Below, one piece after another: positions 1-9,730 of a stretch of 28,639 nucleotides of DNA (its first letter is position 1; each line of letters opens with the position of its first letter). Under the pieces are notes generated by a model that saw nothing but the letters and a program-made list of their open reading frames with translations, was not told the DNA's origin and made no database searches. This DNA is from an uncultured Dehalococcoidaceae bacterium (GTDB lineage Bacteria; Chloroflexota; Dehalococcoidia; Dehalococcoidales; RBG-16-60-22). Made by a program: the position numbers and the translations under genes. The DNA lies in NCBI GenBank assembly GCA_964461475.1, contig CAYWUK010000001.1:1-28639 (forward strand), given 5' to 3'.

Positions 1-218
1 GGCAAAGGGAGAACAAGCAGGACGGGTGTATCATACTATCCAGGTCAGCGAAGGGGTTTTCCGTGAGCTATATGCCGGTTTTTGATTTGCAGAGGAAGGC
101 GCTGGAAGCTATTATCAGGAATTTTGAAAAGACCGGCTACGGCACGCAGCCCATCCCGGCCGATGCCAGGGCATTGCTGGCGCGAGCCGGGGAGATGTCT
201 GCCTCATCGCTTCGCTGA
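1..218 (+). CDS. 3' end of an unidentified gene (partial, truncated by the window edge)
   Basis: Frame 3 is open from position 3 to TGA at 216-218 (QRENKQDGCIILSRSAKGFSVSYMPVFDLQRKALEAIIRNFEKTGYGTQPIPADARALLARAGEMSASSLR). It converges on the antiporter stop at 257. No family could be assigned. Confidence 0.5.
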   Translation, partial: QRENKQDGCIILSRSAKGFSVSYMPVFDLQRKALEAIIRNFEKTGYGTQPIPADARALLARAGEMSASSLR

Positions 219-256
219 GATGAAAAACGCTTTTCCCTGCTTCCGCCAGCCTTGCT

Positions 257-1603
257 CTATTCGTCTTTTTTGTATCCCCCGAACATCTTTTTGCCGGCAG
301 GTACGATTTCGCCGTTTTCTTCTGCCCCTTCTTCGGGCTGAGTTTTCATTTTGAAATTTAAACGTATTTTGGGCAGGGTCGGCGAGAAAATCCAGGCGTA
401 TAAGCGGGGCAGGGCTGTCTTATCCAACAGCAGGACGAGTAAAGAAGTCATAACTATGCTCAGCAGCACCACGCTGTAAGTGATGTTCTTTATCAGTTCG
501 CCGCCGACAACACCCTGTTGCAGGGGTATTGAGGCCAGCACCACCGCGGCCAGCCCTTTGGGAACCATCACTGCCATGATGGAGATGTCTTTTATCGGAA
601 GCGATTTTCTTACCGAGACTTTGACGGCCGGTATGCGCAGGGCAAAGGCAATGATGGTGAGGATGAATCCCACTAAAATCAGCCATCCGCTGATTATCTC
701 AAGGGATATGCCCAGATAGACGAAGAAAAAGGTCTTGAGCAGGAAGGCCACCTCGCTGAAAAAAGCCTTCTCCGTCTCGGTGAGGCCGACCGGCTCCCGC
801 GCCGTGTGCTCTTTGAAAAAGGGGAAGTGTATTGATTTTATGTTTCCTATGGTAATGCCGAAGGAGAGCGCCGCGATGGCGCCGCTGAAGCCCAGCGTCT
901 CAACAATGCCGAAAATGACGAAGACAAAGGCCGGCGTGGTGAACATGGCGTTCTTGATGGCGTGTATTCTATTGAGCAGGGTTGACCAGATGAAAGCCCC
1001 GATGACGCCGAACACTATGGCGACGAGGAAGGACGAAATAAGGTCGCCGGAGATGGAGGCTATCTCGAATTGCCCCATGGTATAGGCCTGCACCAGGGCG
1101 ACGGTGATGATAATGCTTAGGACATCGTTCACCGAAGACTCCAGGGAGAGAAGGGTCTGCGTCTTCTCCTGTATTTTGAGCTGCTTGATCAGGGGGATGA
1201 CCACCGTCTCCGAGGTGGAGCCGACGATGGCGCCGAGGATGAAGGCGGGGATAATGGTCAGGTCGGTGAGCCAGATGCTGAACCCTGCCACTACCGCCAT
1301 GGTCATAAAGAAGCTGAGCGGGGCGAGCGTCATGGCGCCGCCGAGCGCCGAGCGTATGATGCTCAGCCTCAGCGCTATACCGCCTTCAAACAGGATGATA
1401 ATTAAGGTAATTGTGGTGAAGAGCGGGCCGATTTCCCCAAACTGCGAGGGGGAGGTCAGACCCAGAATCGGGCCAACGCAGACGCCTATTATTATCAGCA
1501 GGATGACATCCGGTATTCTGGTACGGCTGAAAATGCCGGTGAAGAGATGCGCCAGAAAGACCAGAATGCCAACAAATGCGATTACAGGGGCAATCCCTTG
1601 CAT
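257..1603 (-). CDS. CPA1-family cation:proton antiporter (NhaP/Na_H_Exchanger-like)
   Basis: About 12 hydrophobic helices; IILFEGG, GAIVGSTS, LESSVND and PKGLAAVVLA match CPA1 motifs; SD GAGGAG upstream. Confidence 0.88.
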   Translation of the reverse strand: MQGIAPVIAFVGILVFLAHLFTGIFSRTRIPDVILLIIIGVCVGPILGLTSPSQFGEIGPLFTTITLIIILFEGGIALRLSIIRSALGGAMTLAPLSFFMTMAVVAGFSIWLTDLTIIPAFILGAIVGSTSETVVIPLIKQLKIQEKTQTLLSLESSVNDVLSIIITVALVQAYTMGQFEIASISGDLISSFLVAIVFGVIGAFIWSTLLNRIHAIKNAMFTTPAFVFVIFGIVETLGFSGAIAALSFGITIGNIKSIHFPFFKEHTAREPVGLTETEKAFFSEVAFLLKTFFFVYLGISLEIISGWLILVGFILTIIAFALRIPAVKVSVRKSLPIKDISIMAVMVPKGLAAVVLASIPLQQGVVGGELIKNITYSVVLLSIVMTSLLVLLLDKTALPRLYAWIFSPTLPKIRLNFKMKTQPEEGAEENGEIVPAGKKMFGGYKKDE

Positions 1604-1656
1604 AGATACTCCTCTACTTTTGCTTATGGCAAATCATCGTTTGCCCAGTAACTCAC

Positions 1657-1685
1657 ACTTTAAGTGAGCAGTATTTCTTTGTCAA
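1657..1685 (-). promoter_or_regulatory. sigma70-type promoter of the antiporter gene
   Basis: The minus strand reads TTGACA-N17-TAAAGT, 54 nt upstream of the ATG at 1603. Confidence 0.7.
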
Positions 1686-1707
1686 GGATGTAGAAGTTTA
1701 AAGGATA

Positions 1708-3240
1708 TCAAGGGCAGCGCTCATAAATCCTGGTCAACGCTCTCAGCCTGTCTGATATGGCCGGCGTAAGCATGTCTGTTGTGAACCTCCATTCCCAGTT
1801 GCCCGCGAAAGTCCCGGGGAGGTTCATGCGGGCTTCGCTGCCCAGCCCCAGAACGTCCTGAAGGGGGAAGATAGCCGTGTTCGCCACCGACCCCAGGGCG
1901 AGGCGAATGAAGTCCCAGTGTATTTCTCTGCCGTCAGTGTCGACATAGGCGAGGGCATATCTCCTTTCCTTTTCTACCTCCTCCTTCGTCTGGGATGTCT
2001 GTGTCCCCGCTTTGGCGGTGAACCAGCCGACGGTTGTATTATGGTCGTGGGTGGCGGTGTAGACGACGCTATGCCTGGTGTGATTGTGTGGCCGGTATTC
2101 CGCAGCCTTGGGGTCGTTACCGAAAGCCATCTGCAAGACCCTCATCCCGGGGAATTTGAGGCGGTCTCGCATGGCATCAACCTCCGGAGTGATAAGCCCC
2201 AGGTCTTCAGCTATGATCTGGATATTGCCCAGGGCTGCCTGTACCGCTTTAAATAGGGATGCCCCCGGCCCCTTCACCCACCTCCCCACTGCCGCCGTCG
2301 GCTCGGTGGCAGGAATCTCCCAGTATGCCTCAAAGCCGCGGAAATGGTCCAGCCTCAGTATATCAACAAGTTCGAAGTTGATGCGGAAGCGGTCTATCCA
2401 CCACTTGTATCCCGACTGCGCCATGGCACCCCAGCGGTAAATGGGGTTGCCCCAGCGTTGCCCGGTGGCGCTGAAATAATCGGGTGGAACCCCGGCAACT
2501 ACTAGTGGCTTGCCTTTATCGTCTAGGTAGAAGTGCGTTCGGCTGCCCCAGACATCGGCGCTGTCATGGGCTACATATACCGGCATGTCGCCGATTATAC
2601 TTATGCCCTTGCTGCGGCAGTATTTTTTCAGGTGTTGCCACTGCTTGAAGAAAATATACTGGGTATATTTATGGAACTGTATCTCTTCGCCCAGCTTGTT
2701 TCTCCATTTCACGAGCGCGCCGGGGTCTCGTCCGAAAGCGCCTGCCTCCCACTCTGTCCATACGCGCTGTCCGTGCGCTGCCTTCAGTGCTACGAAGAGC
2801 GCATATTCCTCAAGCCAGGAGACATTTTGCTGGCAGAATGCGTAGAAGTCGTCACTGACATGTGTCCCGGATAATCTCTCCTTGAACTTCTGGAATGACT
2901 TGGCGAGCAATGACATTTTGAAGGGAATAACCGTGCCGTAGTCCACCCTGTCTTCCGGGAACTGCGGCGGGTTTTCAATGTCTGATGGGTCTATCAGGCC
3001 GTCCTCGGCAAGCTTTTCCGGGCTGATGAGAAGCGGGTTTCCTCCGAACGCGGAGAAACACATGTATGGCGAGTTGCCATAGATTGTGTGTCCCAGGGGT
3101 AATATTTGCCAGAGGGTCTGCCCGGTGCTCGCCAGGAAGTCGATGAATCGGTATGCTTCATGCCCCAAATCACCGATGCCAAACGGGCTGGGAAGGGAAG
3201 TTGGGTGCAGCAATATTCCACTTTGCCGCAGCGAGCTCAT
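1708..3240 (-). CDS. malQ: 4-alpha-glucanotransferase (amylomaltase, GH77)
   Basis: GILLHPTSLP, GDLG, WQILPL, IIGDMPVYVAHDSAD, GQRWGNP, RLDHFRGF, IIAEDLG, HDHNT and RMNLPG are GH77 signatures. Confidence 0.96.
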   Translation of the reverse strand: MSSLRQSGILLHPTSLPSPFGIGDLGHEAYRFIDFLASTGQTLWQILPLGHTIYGNSPYMCFSAFGGNPLLISPEKLAEDGLIDPSDIENPPQFPEDRVDYGTVIPFKMSLLAKSFQKFKERLSGTHVSDDFYAFCQQNVSWLEEYALFVALKAAHGQRVWTEWEAGAFGRDPGALVKWRNKLGEEIQFHKYTQYIFFKQWQHLKKYCRSKGISIIGDMPVYVAHDSADVWGSRTHFYLDDKGKPLVVAGVPPDYFSATGQRWGNPIYRWGAMAQSGYKWWIDRFRINFELVDILRLDHFRGFEAYWEIPATEPTAAVGRWVKGPGASLFKAVQAALGNIQIIAEDLGLITPEVDAMRDRLKFPGMRVLQMAFGNDPKAAEYRPHNHTRHSVVYTATHDHNTTVGWFTAKAGTQTSQTKEEVEKERRYALAYVDTDGREIHWDFIRLALGSVANTAIFPLQDVLGLGSEARMNLPGTFAGNWEWRFTTDMLTPAISDRLRALTRIYERCP

Positions 3241-3277
3241 CAGCCACCTCTTTATAGATTAAGCATTATGGCTATGT

Positions 3278-4339
3278 TTACTTTGCTAGCTTCTCAAGGT
3301 AGCTTTTATCAACGAACCTGCGAAATGTAGCGATGCCCTCCTCAATTCTTCTCCCCTTTACGCTGACGCGGTGGACTGCCGACTCCATCTTATTGACCAC
3401 GGTCATGGTATCATCGCGGACAACCATCAGCGGTATCTTCTTGTCCTGGGCAGCGCTTATGATGGAGCTGTTGGGGTAAAGGCCTCCGGTGAGTATGATG
3501 ACCTTGGTCGGCGTCTCCAGGGCGGCGAGCTGGATATCGGAGCGGTCGCCGCCGGTTATCACCGCCTTGTTCGCCTGGGAGCGGAAGTACTTCAGGGCGC
3601 CCTCGACGTTCATGGCGCCGACCACCAGGCTTTCCACAATCTCCTCCCCTTTATCTTCGCAGCAGAGAATCTCGCCGCCGAGTATCTCCTTCATCTCGGC
3701 CACGCTCAGCGAGCTCAGCTTTAGGTTTGTCGGTATCAGCCCCCAGACCTTTATCCCCTTGTTTTCCAGGAAGGGCAGGAAATACTTTCTGGTGAGGTCT
3801 ATGCTTTCCTGGGGAAGATGGTTCAAGATGACCCCGACCAGCTTCTCCTTGAGGCGGTCTTGCATGGCGACTATTGTATCCAGGTTCACCTCGCCGAAGG
3901 CGGGGGAATCAACCAGGACGGCGGACATGTTGAATTTTTCAATGAAGTGTATGTTTGAGGCGCCTACGGAAAAGCCGTCAAACAGGTCCTGCCCACCCCC
4001 GACCAGCACCGCGTCTTTGCCCTTCTTCAGCTGCTCATAGGCGTTATATATCCTGTCTCCCGCCTCGCTGAGCTTGTTGCCGCTGGTGAGTTTGATATAA
4101 TCAGTATAATCAAGGTAGAATGGGCACATAAGGGATGGATCATCTTCTAACGAAAAGCGTTCTTTAATCAGCAGCACATCTTCTTCAACCTTTTCGTCAT
4201 CTTTCATGGCGAAGTTCTTGCCTACGGGCTTGAAGTAGCCCACCTTCAGCCCTTTGCCCTTCCAGAAATCCAGAATGCCGAGCGCCACCATGGTCTTGCC
4301 GGCATATTTTGTTGTTGAGCCTACAAATAGTTCTATCAT
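3278..4339 (-). CDS. Phosphotransacetylase-family protein containing only the BioD-like N-terminal and DRTGG domains (no PTA catalytic domain)
   Basis: N-terminal STTKYAGKT P-loop-like motif and GYFKPVG; C-terminal VITGGDRSDIQLAALE and IILTGG (DRTGG domain); at 353 aa it is too short to include a PTA_PTB domain. Confidence 0.85.
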   Translation of the reverse strand: MIELFVGSTTKYAGKTMVALGILDFWKGKGLKVGYFKPVGKNFAMKDDEKVEEDVLLIKERFSLEDDPSLMCPFYLDYTDYIKLTSGNKLSEAGDRIYNAYEQLKKGKDAVLVGGGQDLFDGFSVGASNIHFIEKFNMSAVLVDSPAFGEVNLDTIVAMQDRLKEKLVGVILNHLPQESIDLTRKYFLPFLENKGIKVWGLIPTNLKLSSLSVAEMKEILGGEILCCEDKGEEIVESLVVGAMNVEGALKYFRSQANKAVITGGDRSDIQLAALETPTKVIILTGGLYPNSSIISAAQDKKIPLMVVRDDTMTVVNKMESAVHRVSVKGRRIEEGIATFRRFVDKSYLEKLAK

Positions 4340-6453
4340 CCCTGTTCCCCCCTTAATATCAGTCTTCCATCTATGGCCCAGACTCCCTCGCCCTTGTCTT
4401 TAACCATCAGCGGGTTTATCTCCATCTCCATGATTTGGGGAAACTTCTCCCCCAAGGTGGATATGGCGGCAATCACCTCATACAGGGCATCAAGGTCTTT
4501 CTCCTTCTCGCCTCTAACTCCGCTGAGAAGGGGGAATGATTTTATCCCCGATACCAGCTCCTTTATCTCCTTCATGCTCAGGGGAGTGAGGGCGAAGTTT
4601 ACGTCTTTGAGGACTTCAACGTATATGCCGCCCAGTCCGAACATCAGCAGCGGCCCGAACTGGGGGTCGCGGGAAAAGCCTACAATGACTTCCTTGCCTT
4701 CTTCAGCCATCTTCTGAACCGCTATCCCCGATATCGGCACCTGGGGCAGGAACCTTCTTACGTTGACCATTATCCCTTCAAAGGCCCGGGCCACCTCTCT
4801 GGCGTTTTTGAGGCCGACCCTGACGCCGCCCACATCCGTCTTATGCAGTATCTCTGTGGAATAGACCTTCATCACCACCGGGAAGCCCATCTTCTCGGCG
4901 GCGCTCACCGCCTCATCAGGCGTATTCGCCAGCTCCGTGGGCGGGGTGGGGATGTCGCAGAGTTTGAGCAGCTCCCTCGCCTCAAAGTCAACGAGCTTAA
5001 TCTTGTGTTCATCCGTCTTTGCTTTCAGCAGCTTCTCCAGCCTTTCTTCGCCTATCTTTTTCGTGTAAATTTCCGGCTTCTTCGTCTCCCTCCAGCGGCC
5101 ATATCTCGCCATAACCGCCATCGCCGTAACCGCCCGGTCCGGGAAGGCGATATTGGCCACCTTCCCCCTCTTGAATATGCTGTAGGCAGCGGAGACCCTG
5201 TCTTCGCCCATAAAAGAGGCGATGACCGATTTGGGGGAGGTGTAAGAGAGGCTTGATACTACTTTGGCCGTCTCTTCAATCTGGCTGTCCGCCTGGGGGG
5301 CTAAGATTACAATCAGGCCGTCCACCTCATCCGCCTGGATTACAAGCTCAATGGCCTGGCGGTAGCGCTCGTCGTCGGCATCGCCGAGGACATCCACCGG
5401 GTTATAGACCGAGGCTGCCGGGGGCAATATCTTCTTCAGGCTGCCGATGGTGGCCGGGTTGAATGAGGAGAGCCTGAGTTTTTCTTCGGAGGCCTTATCG
5501 GCGGCTATTATCCCCGGCCCACCGGCGTTGGTGACAATGGCGAGCCTGTTCCCTTTTGGCAGCGGCTGCGAGGAAAACACCTCCGCCCAGTCGAAGAGAT
5601 CCTCCACAGCCCTGGCCCTTATCACTCCTGCTTTCTGGAAGGCACATTCGTATGCCCGGTCCAGCCCGGACAGGGAGCCGGTATGGGAGGAGGCAGCCCG
5701 TGTCCCCTCGGCCGATACGCCCGACTTAAAGAGGATAACTGGCTTCTTCCGTGATACCTTCTCGGCGATATCTATGAACCGCTTGCCGTCAGTCACGCTC
5801 TCAATGTAGCCTATTATGAGCCTGGTATTAACATCATCGCCCAGTATCTCAAGAAAATGGGTCTCGTCAAGGTCCATCTTGTTGCCCATGCTGATGAACT
5901 TGGAGAAGCCCAGGTCTCGCCCGGCGGCGAAGTCAAGGATGGAGGTGACCATGGCGCCGGACTGAGATATGAAGCCTATTTGACCCTGCGCGGGCATGGT
6001 CTGGGCGAAAGATGCATTCAGGCTGGAATAGGTGTCAATGATGCCGAGGCAGTTGGGGCCGATTACCCTGATTTTGCCGCGGCACATCTCGGCCAGCTCC
6101 CTCTCCCGCTTCGCCCCCTCGCCGCCTATTTCCTTGAATCCAGCGCTGATGACGACGGCGCCTTTAATCCTTTTGTCTATCAGCTCTTTGAAGACGTTGA
6201 TGACCCTTTCCGCCGGGACTATCACCAGGGCGAGGTCAACATCATCCTGAATATCCCCCACGCTGCGGTATGTCTTCAGCCCGAGTATATTCTGTGCGCT
6301 CGGGTTTACCGGGTATATCCTGCCCTTGAAATTGTCATCTATCAGGTTTTTGAGCGTGTTGAAGCCGACCTTGCCCGGATGTTGGGAAGCCCCGATGACG
6401 GCGATGCTCCTCGGCCTGAAGAAAAAATCACATTTTCTGGCAGCAGGGCTCAC
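4336..6453 (-). CDS. Acetate/acyl-CoA ligase (ADP-forming), fused alpha-beta subunits
   Basis: PRSIAVIGAS CoA-binding domain, RVIGPNCLG, FISQSGA, SHTGSL (phospho-His), TNAGGPG, NPVDVLGDA, and a C-terminal ATP-grasp domain with HKTDVGGV and EINPL. GTG start with SD GGAGG; the stop overlaps the next ATG. Confidence 0.92.
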   Translation of the reverse strand: MSPAARKCDFFFRPRSIAVIGASQHPGKVGFNTLKNLIDDNFKGRIYPVNPSAQNILGLKTYRSVGDIQDDVDLALVIVPAERVINVFKELIDKRIKGAVVISAGFKEIGGEGAKRERELAEMCRGKIRVIGPNCLGIIDTYSSLNASFAQTMPAQGQIGFISQSGAMVTSILDFAAGRDLGFSKFISMGNKMDLDETHFLEILGDDVNTRLIIGYIESVTDGKRFIDIAEKVSRKKPVILFKSGVSAEGTRAASSHTGSLSGLDRAYECAFQKAGVIRARAVEDLFDWAEVFSSQPLPKGNRLAIVTNAGGPGIIAADKASEEKLRLSSFNPATIGSLKKILPPAASVYNPVDVLGDADDERYRQAIELVIQADEVDGLIVILAPQADSQIEETAKVVSSLSYTSPKSVIASFMGEDRVSAAYSIFKRGKVANIAFPDRAVTAMAVMARYGRWRETKKPEIYTKKIGEERLEKLLKAKTDEHKIKLVDFEARELLKLCDIPTPPTELANTPDEAVSAAEKMGFPVVMKVYSTEILHKTDVGGVRVGLKNAREVARAFEGIMVNVRRFLPQVPISGIAVQKMAEEGKEVIVGFSRDPQFGPLLMFGLGGIYVEVLKDVNFALTPLSMKEIKELVSGIKSFPLLSGVRGEKEKDLDALYEVIAAISTLGEKFPQIMEMEINPLMVKDKGEGVWAIDGRLILRGEQG

Positions 6454-6498
6454 TTTTATGCCTCCGCAGCTAAGGCTCGTTCCGTATCCTCTTCAATG

Positions 6499-7935
6499 TC
6501 AAAGGATTTTCTCCAGTTTGAGCAAGTTGGTGGAGCCGGCCACTCCGACCGGCACGCCGCCGGTAATCACTATCAAATCTCCCGGTTTGGCTAGCCCCTG
6601 TTCCCTGGCTAATTTGGCCCCCGTAGCGAAAAGCTCATCCACTGATGCCGCGTTGCTCACCTGGAAGGGGTACACTCCCCAGTGCAGCAGCAGCCTGCCG
6701 GAGGTGATTTCGCTTGGCGTTATCGCCAGGATAGGCATGCGGGGGCGGTACTTTGATACCCGCTTCGCCGTGCTGCCGGACTGGGTGAAGGCGACGATGG
6801 CCGCTGCTCCCAGGATATGGGCGGCATGGCAAGCGCTGTAGCTTATCAGCTCGTCGGGCACCTTCTCCAGCCAAGTGCCCCTTTCCGCCAGCAGAGTTTC
6901 GTACTGGAGCGTGCCCTCGGTTTCCTGGGCGATTTTTGCCATCGTCCTCACCGTTTCGGCCGGGTACTTGCCGATGGATGTCTCCGCCGAAAGCATGGTG
7001 GCGTCGGTGCCGTCTATTATGGCGTTGGCCACGTCGGTGACCTCGGCACGGGTGGGGCGGGCGTTATTCACCATTGACTCCAGCATCTGGGTGGCGGTAA
7101 TCACCGGCTTGCCCGCCAGGTTACACTTGCGTATGATTTCCTTCTGTACCAGCGGCACTCTCTCCAGGGGGATGTCCACTCCAAGGTCTCCCCGCGCCAC
7201 CATTATGCCGTCGCTGATTGACATAACATCATCAAAGTCATTCACCGCCTGGCCGCGCTCTATCTTGGCGATAATCGGTATATCCGCCCCGGCTTTGCGC
7301 AGTATATTCCTTACCTTTGATACATCGATGGCGCTGCTGACGAAGGAGATGGCCAGGTAGTCCGGCTTATGCTCTATGGCGAAGCGGATATGCTTGCGCA
7401 GTGAATCGGTGATGAATGGCGCGGAGCCGAGCATACCGGGCACTACCAGCCCGCGGCCCTCGGTGAGCACGCCGCCAACGATTACCCGGCACTTCACCTG
7501 GCTCCCGTCTTTGCCGATTACTTTAAGCTGCATCGCCCCATCGTCGAGCAGCACGGTATCGCCTATTTTTACATCCCGCGCCAGGTTCGGCAGATTTACC
7601 GGCACTATGGAAGCATCGCCAGCCGCTTTTCCTGGGGTGAGTGTTACCTGTGCCCCTTTTATCAGAATGGCCTGGCCGTCCTTTAGCTTTCCCGTGCGGT
7701 ATTTTGGCCCCGGCAGGTCAATCAGGATGGCCACCTTTATGCCAAGCCGCTGGCTTACCTTCCTCACCGTGTTGATGTAATGGGAGTGCGTGCTGTGCGT
7801 GCCGTGCGAGAGGTTGAGGCGGGCGATGTTCATGCCGGCTTTTAGCAGGCGTTCTGTCATCGTCGCCGAGCCGGTGGCCGGACCGATGGTGCACACTATT
7901 TTCGTCCGCCTGTTATAAATGCCTGAGCGTTTCAT
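6499..7935 (-). CDS. pyk: Pyruvate kinase
   Basis: RRTKIVCTIGPA, RLNLSHG, DLPGPKYR, AKIER, MVARGDLG, ATQMLESM, PTRAEVTDVANA, MLSAETSIG. Confidence 0.98.
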   Translation of the reverse strand: MKRSGIYNRRTKIVCTIGPATGSATMTERLLKAGMNIARLNLSHGTHSTHSHYINTVRKVSQRLGIKVAILIDLPGPKYRTGKLKDGQAILIKGAQVTLTPGKAAGDASIVPVNLPNLARDVKIGDTVLLDDGAMQLKVIGKDGSQVKCRVIVGGVLTEGRGLVVPGMLGSAPFITDSLRKHIRFAIEHKPDYLAISFVSSAIDVSKVRNILRKAGADIPIIAKIERGQAVNDFDDVMSISDGIMVARGDLGVDIPLERVPLVQKEIIRKCNLAGKPVITATQMLESMVNNARPTRAEVTDVANAIIDGTDATMLSAETSIGKYPAETVRTMAKIAQETEGTLQYETLLAERGTWLEKVPDELISYSACHAAHILGAAAIVAFTQSGSTAKRVSKYRPRMPILAITPSEITSGRLLLHWGVYPFQVSNAASVDELFATGAKLAREQGLAKPGDLIVITGGVPVGVAGSTNLLKLEKIL

Positions 7936-7975
7936 ATCATTAACTACCGTTTAGCTTATTCTGTGATTAATGGTC

Positions 7976-8980
7976 TTAGGATTTCTTCAGTTCCTCCAGC
8001 GCGAAGGCTACGGCGCCCATAACACCGGAATTGCGCCCCAGCTCAGCACGGGCGAAGCGCACCGCGCCGTAAGACTCTTTAAATGCCCTTTCTCTGGCCG
8101 TCATGTAGGCGGGCTCAAGCAGCATATCGCCCATGTTGGACAGGCCGCCCCCGATGACTATCATCTCCGGGTTGAAGATGTTTACCAGGTTGGCCAGCCC
8201 CACGCCCAGGTAATAAGCGGTCTGGGCGATGATCTCTTTGGCCAGTACATCGCCGGCCTGGGCTGCCTTCTGCACGGCCTCGGCCTTCACCGCGCCTATA
8301 TCGCCGCCGGCATATTCCAGGATGGACGTCTTGCCCCCTTTTTCTATGTGTTCTCTGGCTTCCCTGGCCAGGGCTGTACCCGAGGCCAGCATCTCCCAGC
8401 AGCCCCTGTTGCCGCATTTGCAGAGGGGCCCCTTATCGTTGATGGTCATGTGCCCCACTTCGCCGGCAATCCCGATGGCGCCGCCGTAGATTTTGCCGTC
8501 GATGACAATGCCGCCGCCGATGCCTGTGCTGACGGTGATGTAGATGAAGTTGCGGGCGCCCCTGGCGGCGCCGAAGCGGAGTTCTCCCAGGGCTGCTGCG
8601 TTGGCGTCGTTAATCATGAAAGTTTTCTTGCCGAGTGCCTTTTGCACGATGTCTCTCAGCGGCACGTTTTTCCACCCGGGCAGGTGCGGGGATGTAAAGA
8701 GGATGCCCGTCTCCGGGTTCGATATTCCCGGCGCCCCTACCCCTATGGCGCTGATTTCTGCCGCGCTCATGCCTGCCTGCTCCAGGGAACGGCCTGCTGA
8801 CTCCAGTATCGCATGGATAACGTAATCCTGGCCTTTTGCCGCCGCCGTTATGCTGTGGTCGCGCGAAAGCATCTTTCCTTCGGCGTCGACTACTGCGGTG
8901 AGTATTTTGGTGCTGCCGAGGTCAACCCCCAGAATCAAGAGCTTGGAATTTTCGCCCTTTTCAGTTATTCTACTTGGCAT
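7976..8980 (-). CDS. ROK-family sugar kinase, probably glucokinase
   Basis: GVDLGSTK, NDANAAALGE, GTGIGGG-like STGIGGG, EVGH and the zinc motif CKCGNRGCWE. No N-terminal HTH, so a kinase rather than a repressor. Confidence 0.9.
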   Translation of the reverse strand: MPSRITEKGENSKLLILGVDLGSTKILTAVVDAEGKMLSRDHSITAAAKGQDYVIHAILESAGRSLEQAGMSAAEISAIGVGAPGISNPETGILFTSPHLPGWKNVPLRDIVQKALGKKTFMINDANAAALGELRFGAARGARNFIYITVSTGIGGGIVIDGKIYGGAIGIAGEVGHMTINDKGPLCKCGNRGCWEMLASGTALAREAREHIEKGGKTSILEYAGGDIGAVKAEAVQKAAQAGDVLAKEIIAQTAYYLGVGLANLVNIFNPEMIVIGGGLSNMGDMLLEPAYMTARERAFKESYGAVRFARAELGRNSGVMGAVAFALEELKKS

Positions 8981-8983
8981 GTT

Positions 8984-9730
8984 CTATCGCGCCTTCCCCT
9001 GTTTGGCGACCGCTTCCATGGCTTTTTTAACTTCTTCGGGGTCGCCGAGGTAGTAGTTTTTTATTGGCTTTAAATCGTTGTCCAACTCATATATGAGGGG
9101 CATCCCGGTGGGGATATTGAGCTTCAGTATATCTTCATCGCTGATGTTGTCAAGGTATTTGACCAGCGCCCGCAGGCTGTTCCCGTGAGCCGATACTATC
9201 ACCCGTTTTCCCGCCTTTATGGCAGGGGCTATCTCCTCGTGCCAGTAGGGCAGCACGCGCCTGGATGTATCCTTGAGGCATTCCGTCAGTGGCAGGTCTT
9301 CCTCGGCCAGGCCCTTGTATCTCGGGTCATTGCCTGGGTATCTTTCGTCCGTCTTCTTCAGGGCTGGCGGCGGGACGTCATAGCTGCGCCTCCACAGGAG
9401 CACCTGTTCCTCTCCATACTTTTCCGCGGTCTCCAACTTGTTTAATCCCTGCAGGGCGCCATAAAACCTCTCGTTAAGGCGCCAGGAGCGGTAGACAGGT
9501 ATCCACATCAAGTCCATCTCGTCCAGGACAATCCATAAAGTCCGTATCGCCCTTTTCAGTACCGAGGTGAAGGCAATATCAAAGCAGTATCCTTCCTTCT
9601 TCAGGACCTGGCCGGCCTTCTTCGCCTCGGCGATTCCCCTCTCTGATAAATCGGTATCGGTCCAGCCGGTGAACCTGTTCTCCTTGTTCCATATGCTCTC
9701 TCCATGCCTTAGGAGTACCAGTCGCGTCAT
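8984..9730 (-). CDS. gpmA: 2,3-bisphosphoglycerate-dependent phosphoglycerate mutase
   Basis: [54 protein letters not shown]. Confidence 0.97.
   Translation of the reverse strand: MTRLVLLRHGESIWNKENRFTGWTDTDLSERGIAEAKKAGQVLKKEGYCFDIAFTSVLKRAIRTLWIVLDEMDLMWIPVYRSWRLNERFYGALQGLNKLETAEKYGEEQVLLWRRSYDVPPPALKKTDERYPGNDPRYKGLAEEDLPLTECLKDTSRRVLPYWHEEIAPAIKAGKRVIVSAHGNSLRALVKYLDNISDEDILKLNIPTGMPLIYELDNDLKPIKNYYLGDPEEVKKAMEAVAKQGKAR

Noticed and set aside
4336-6453. Protein lysine acetyltransferase (Pat/PatZ)
   Set aside because: There is no GNAT domain and the catalytic His motifs are intact, which fits an active ADP-forming ligase.
5857-6594. 245-aa + strand ORF
   Set aside because: Antisense shadow of the acyl-CoA synthetase and pyk genes; no recognisable motifs.
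7970-8800. 276-aa + strand ORF
   Set aside because: Antisense shadow of the ROK kinase.
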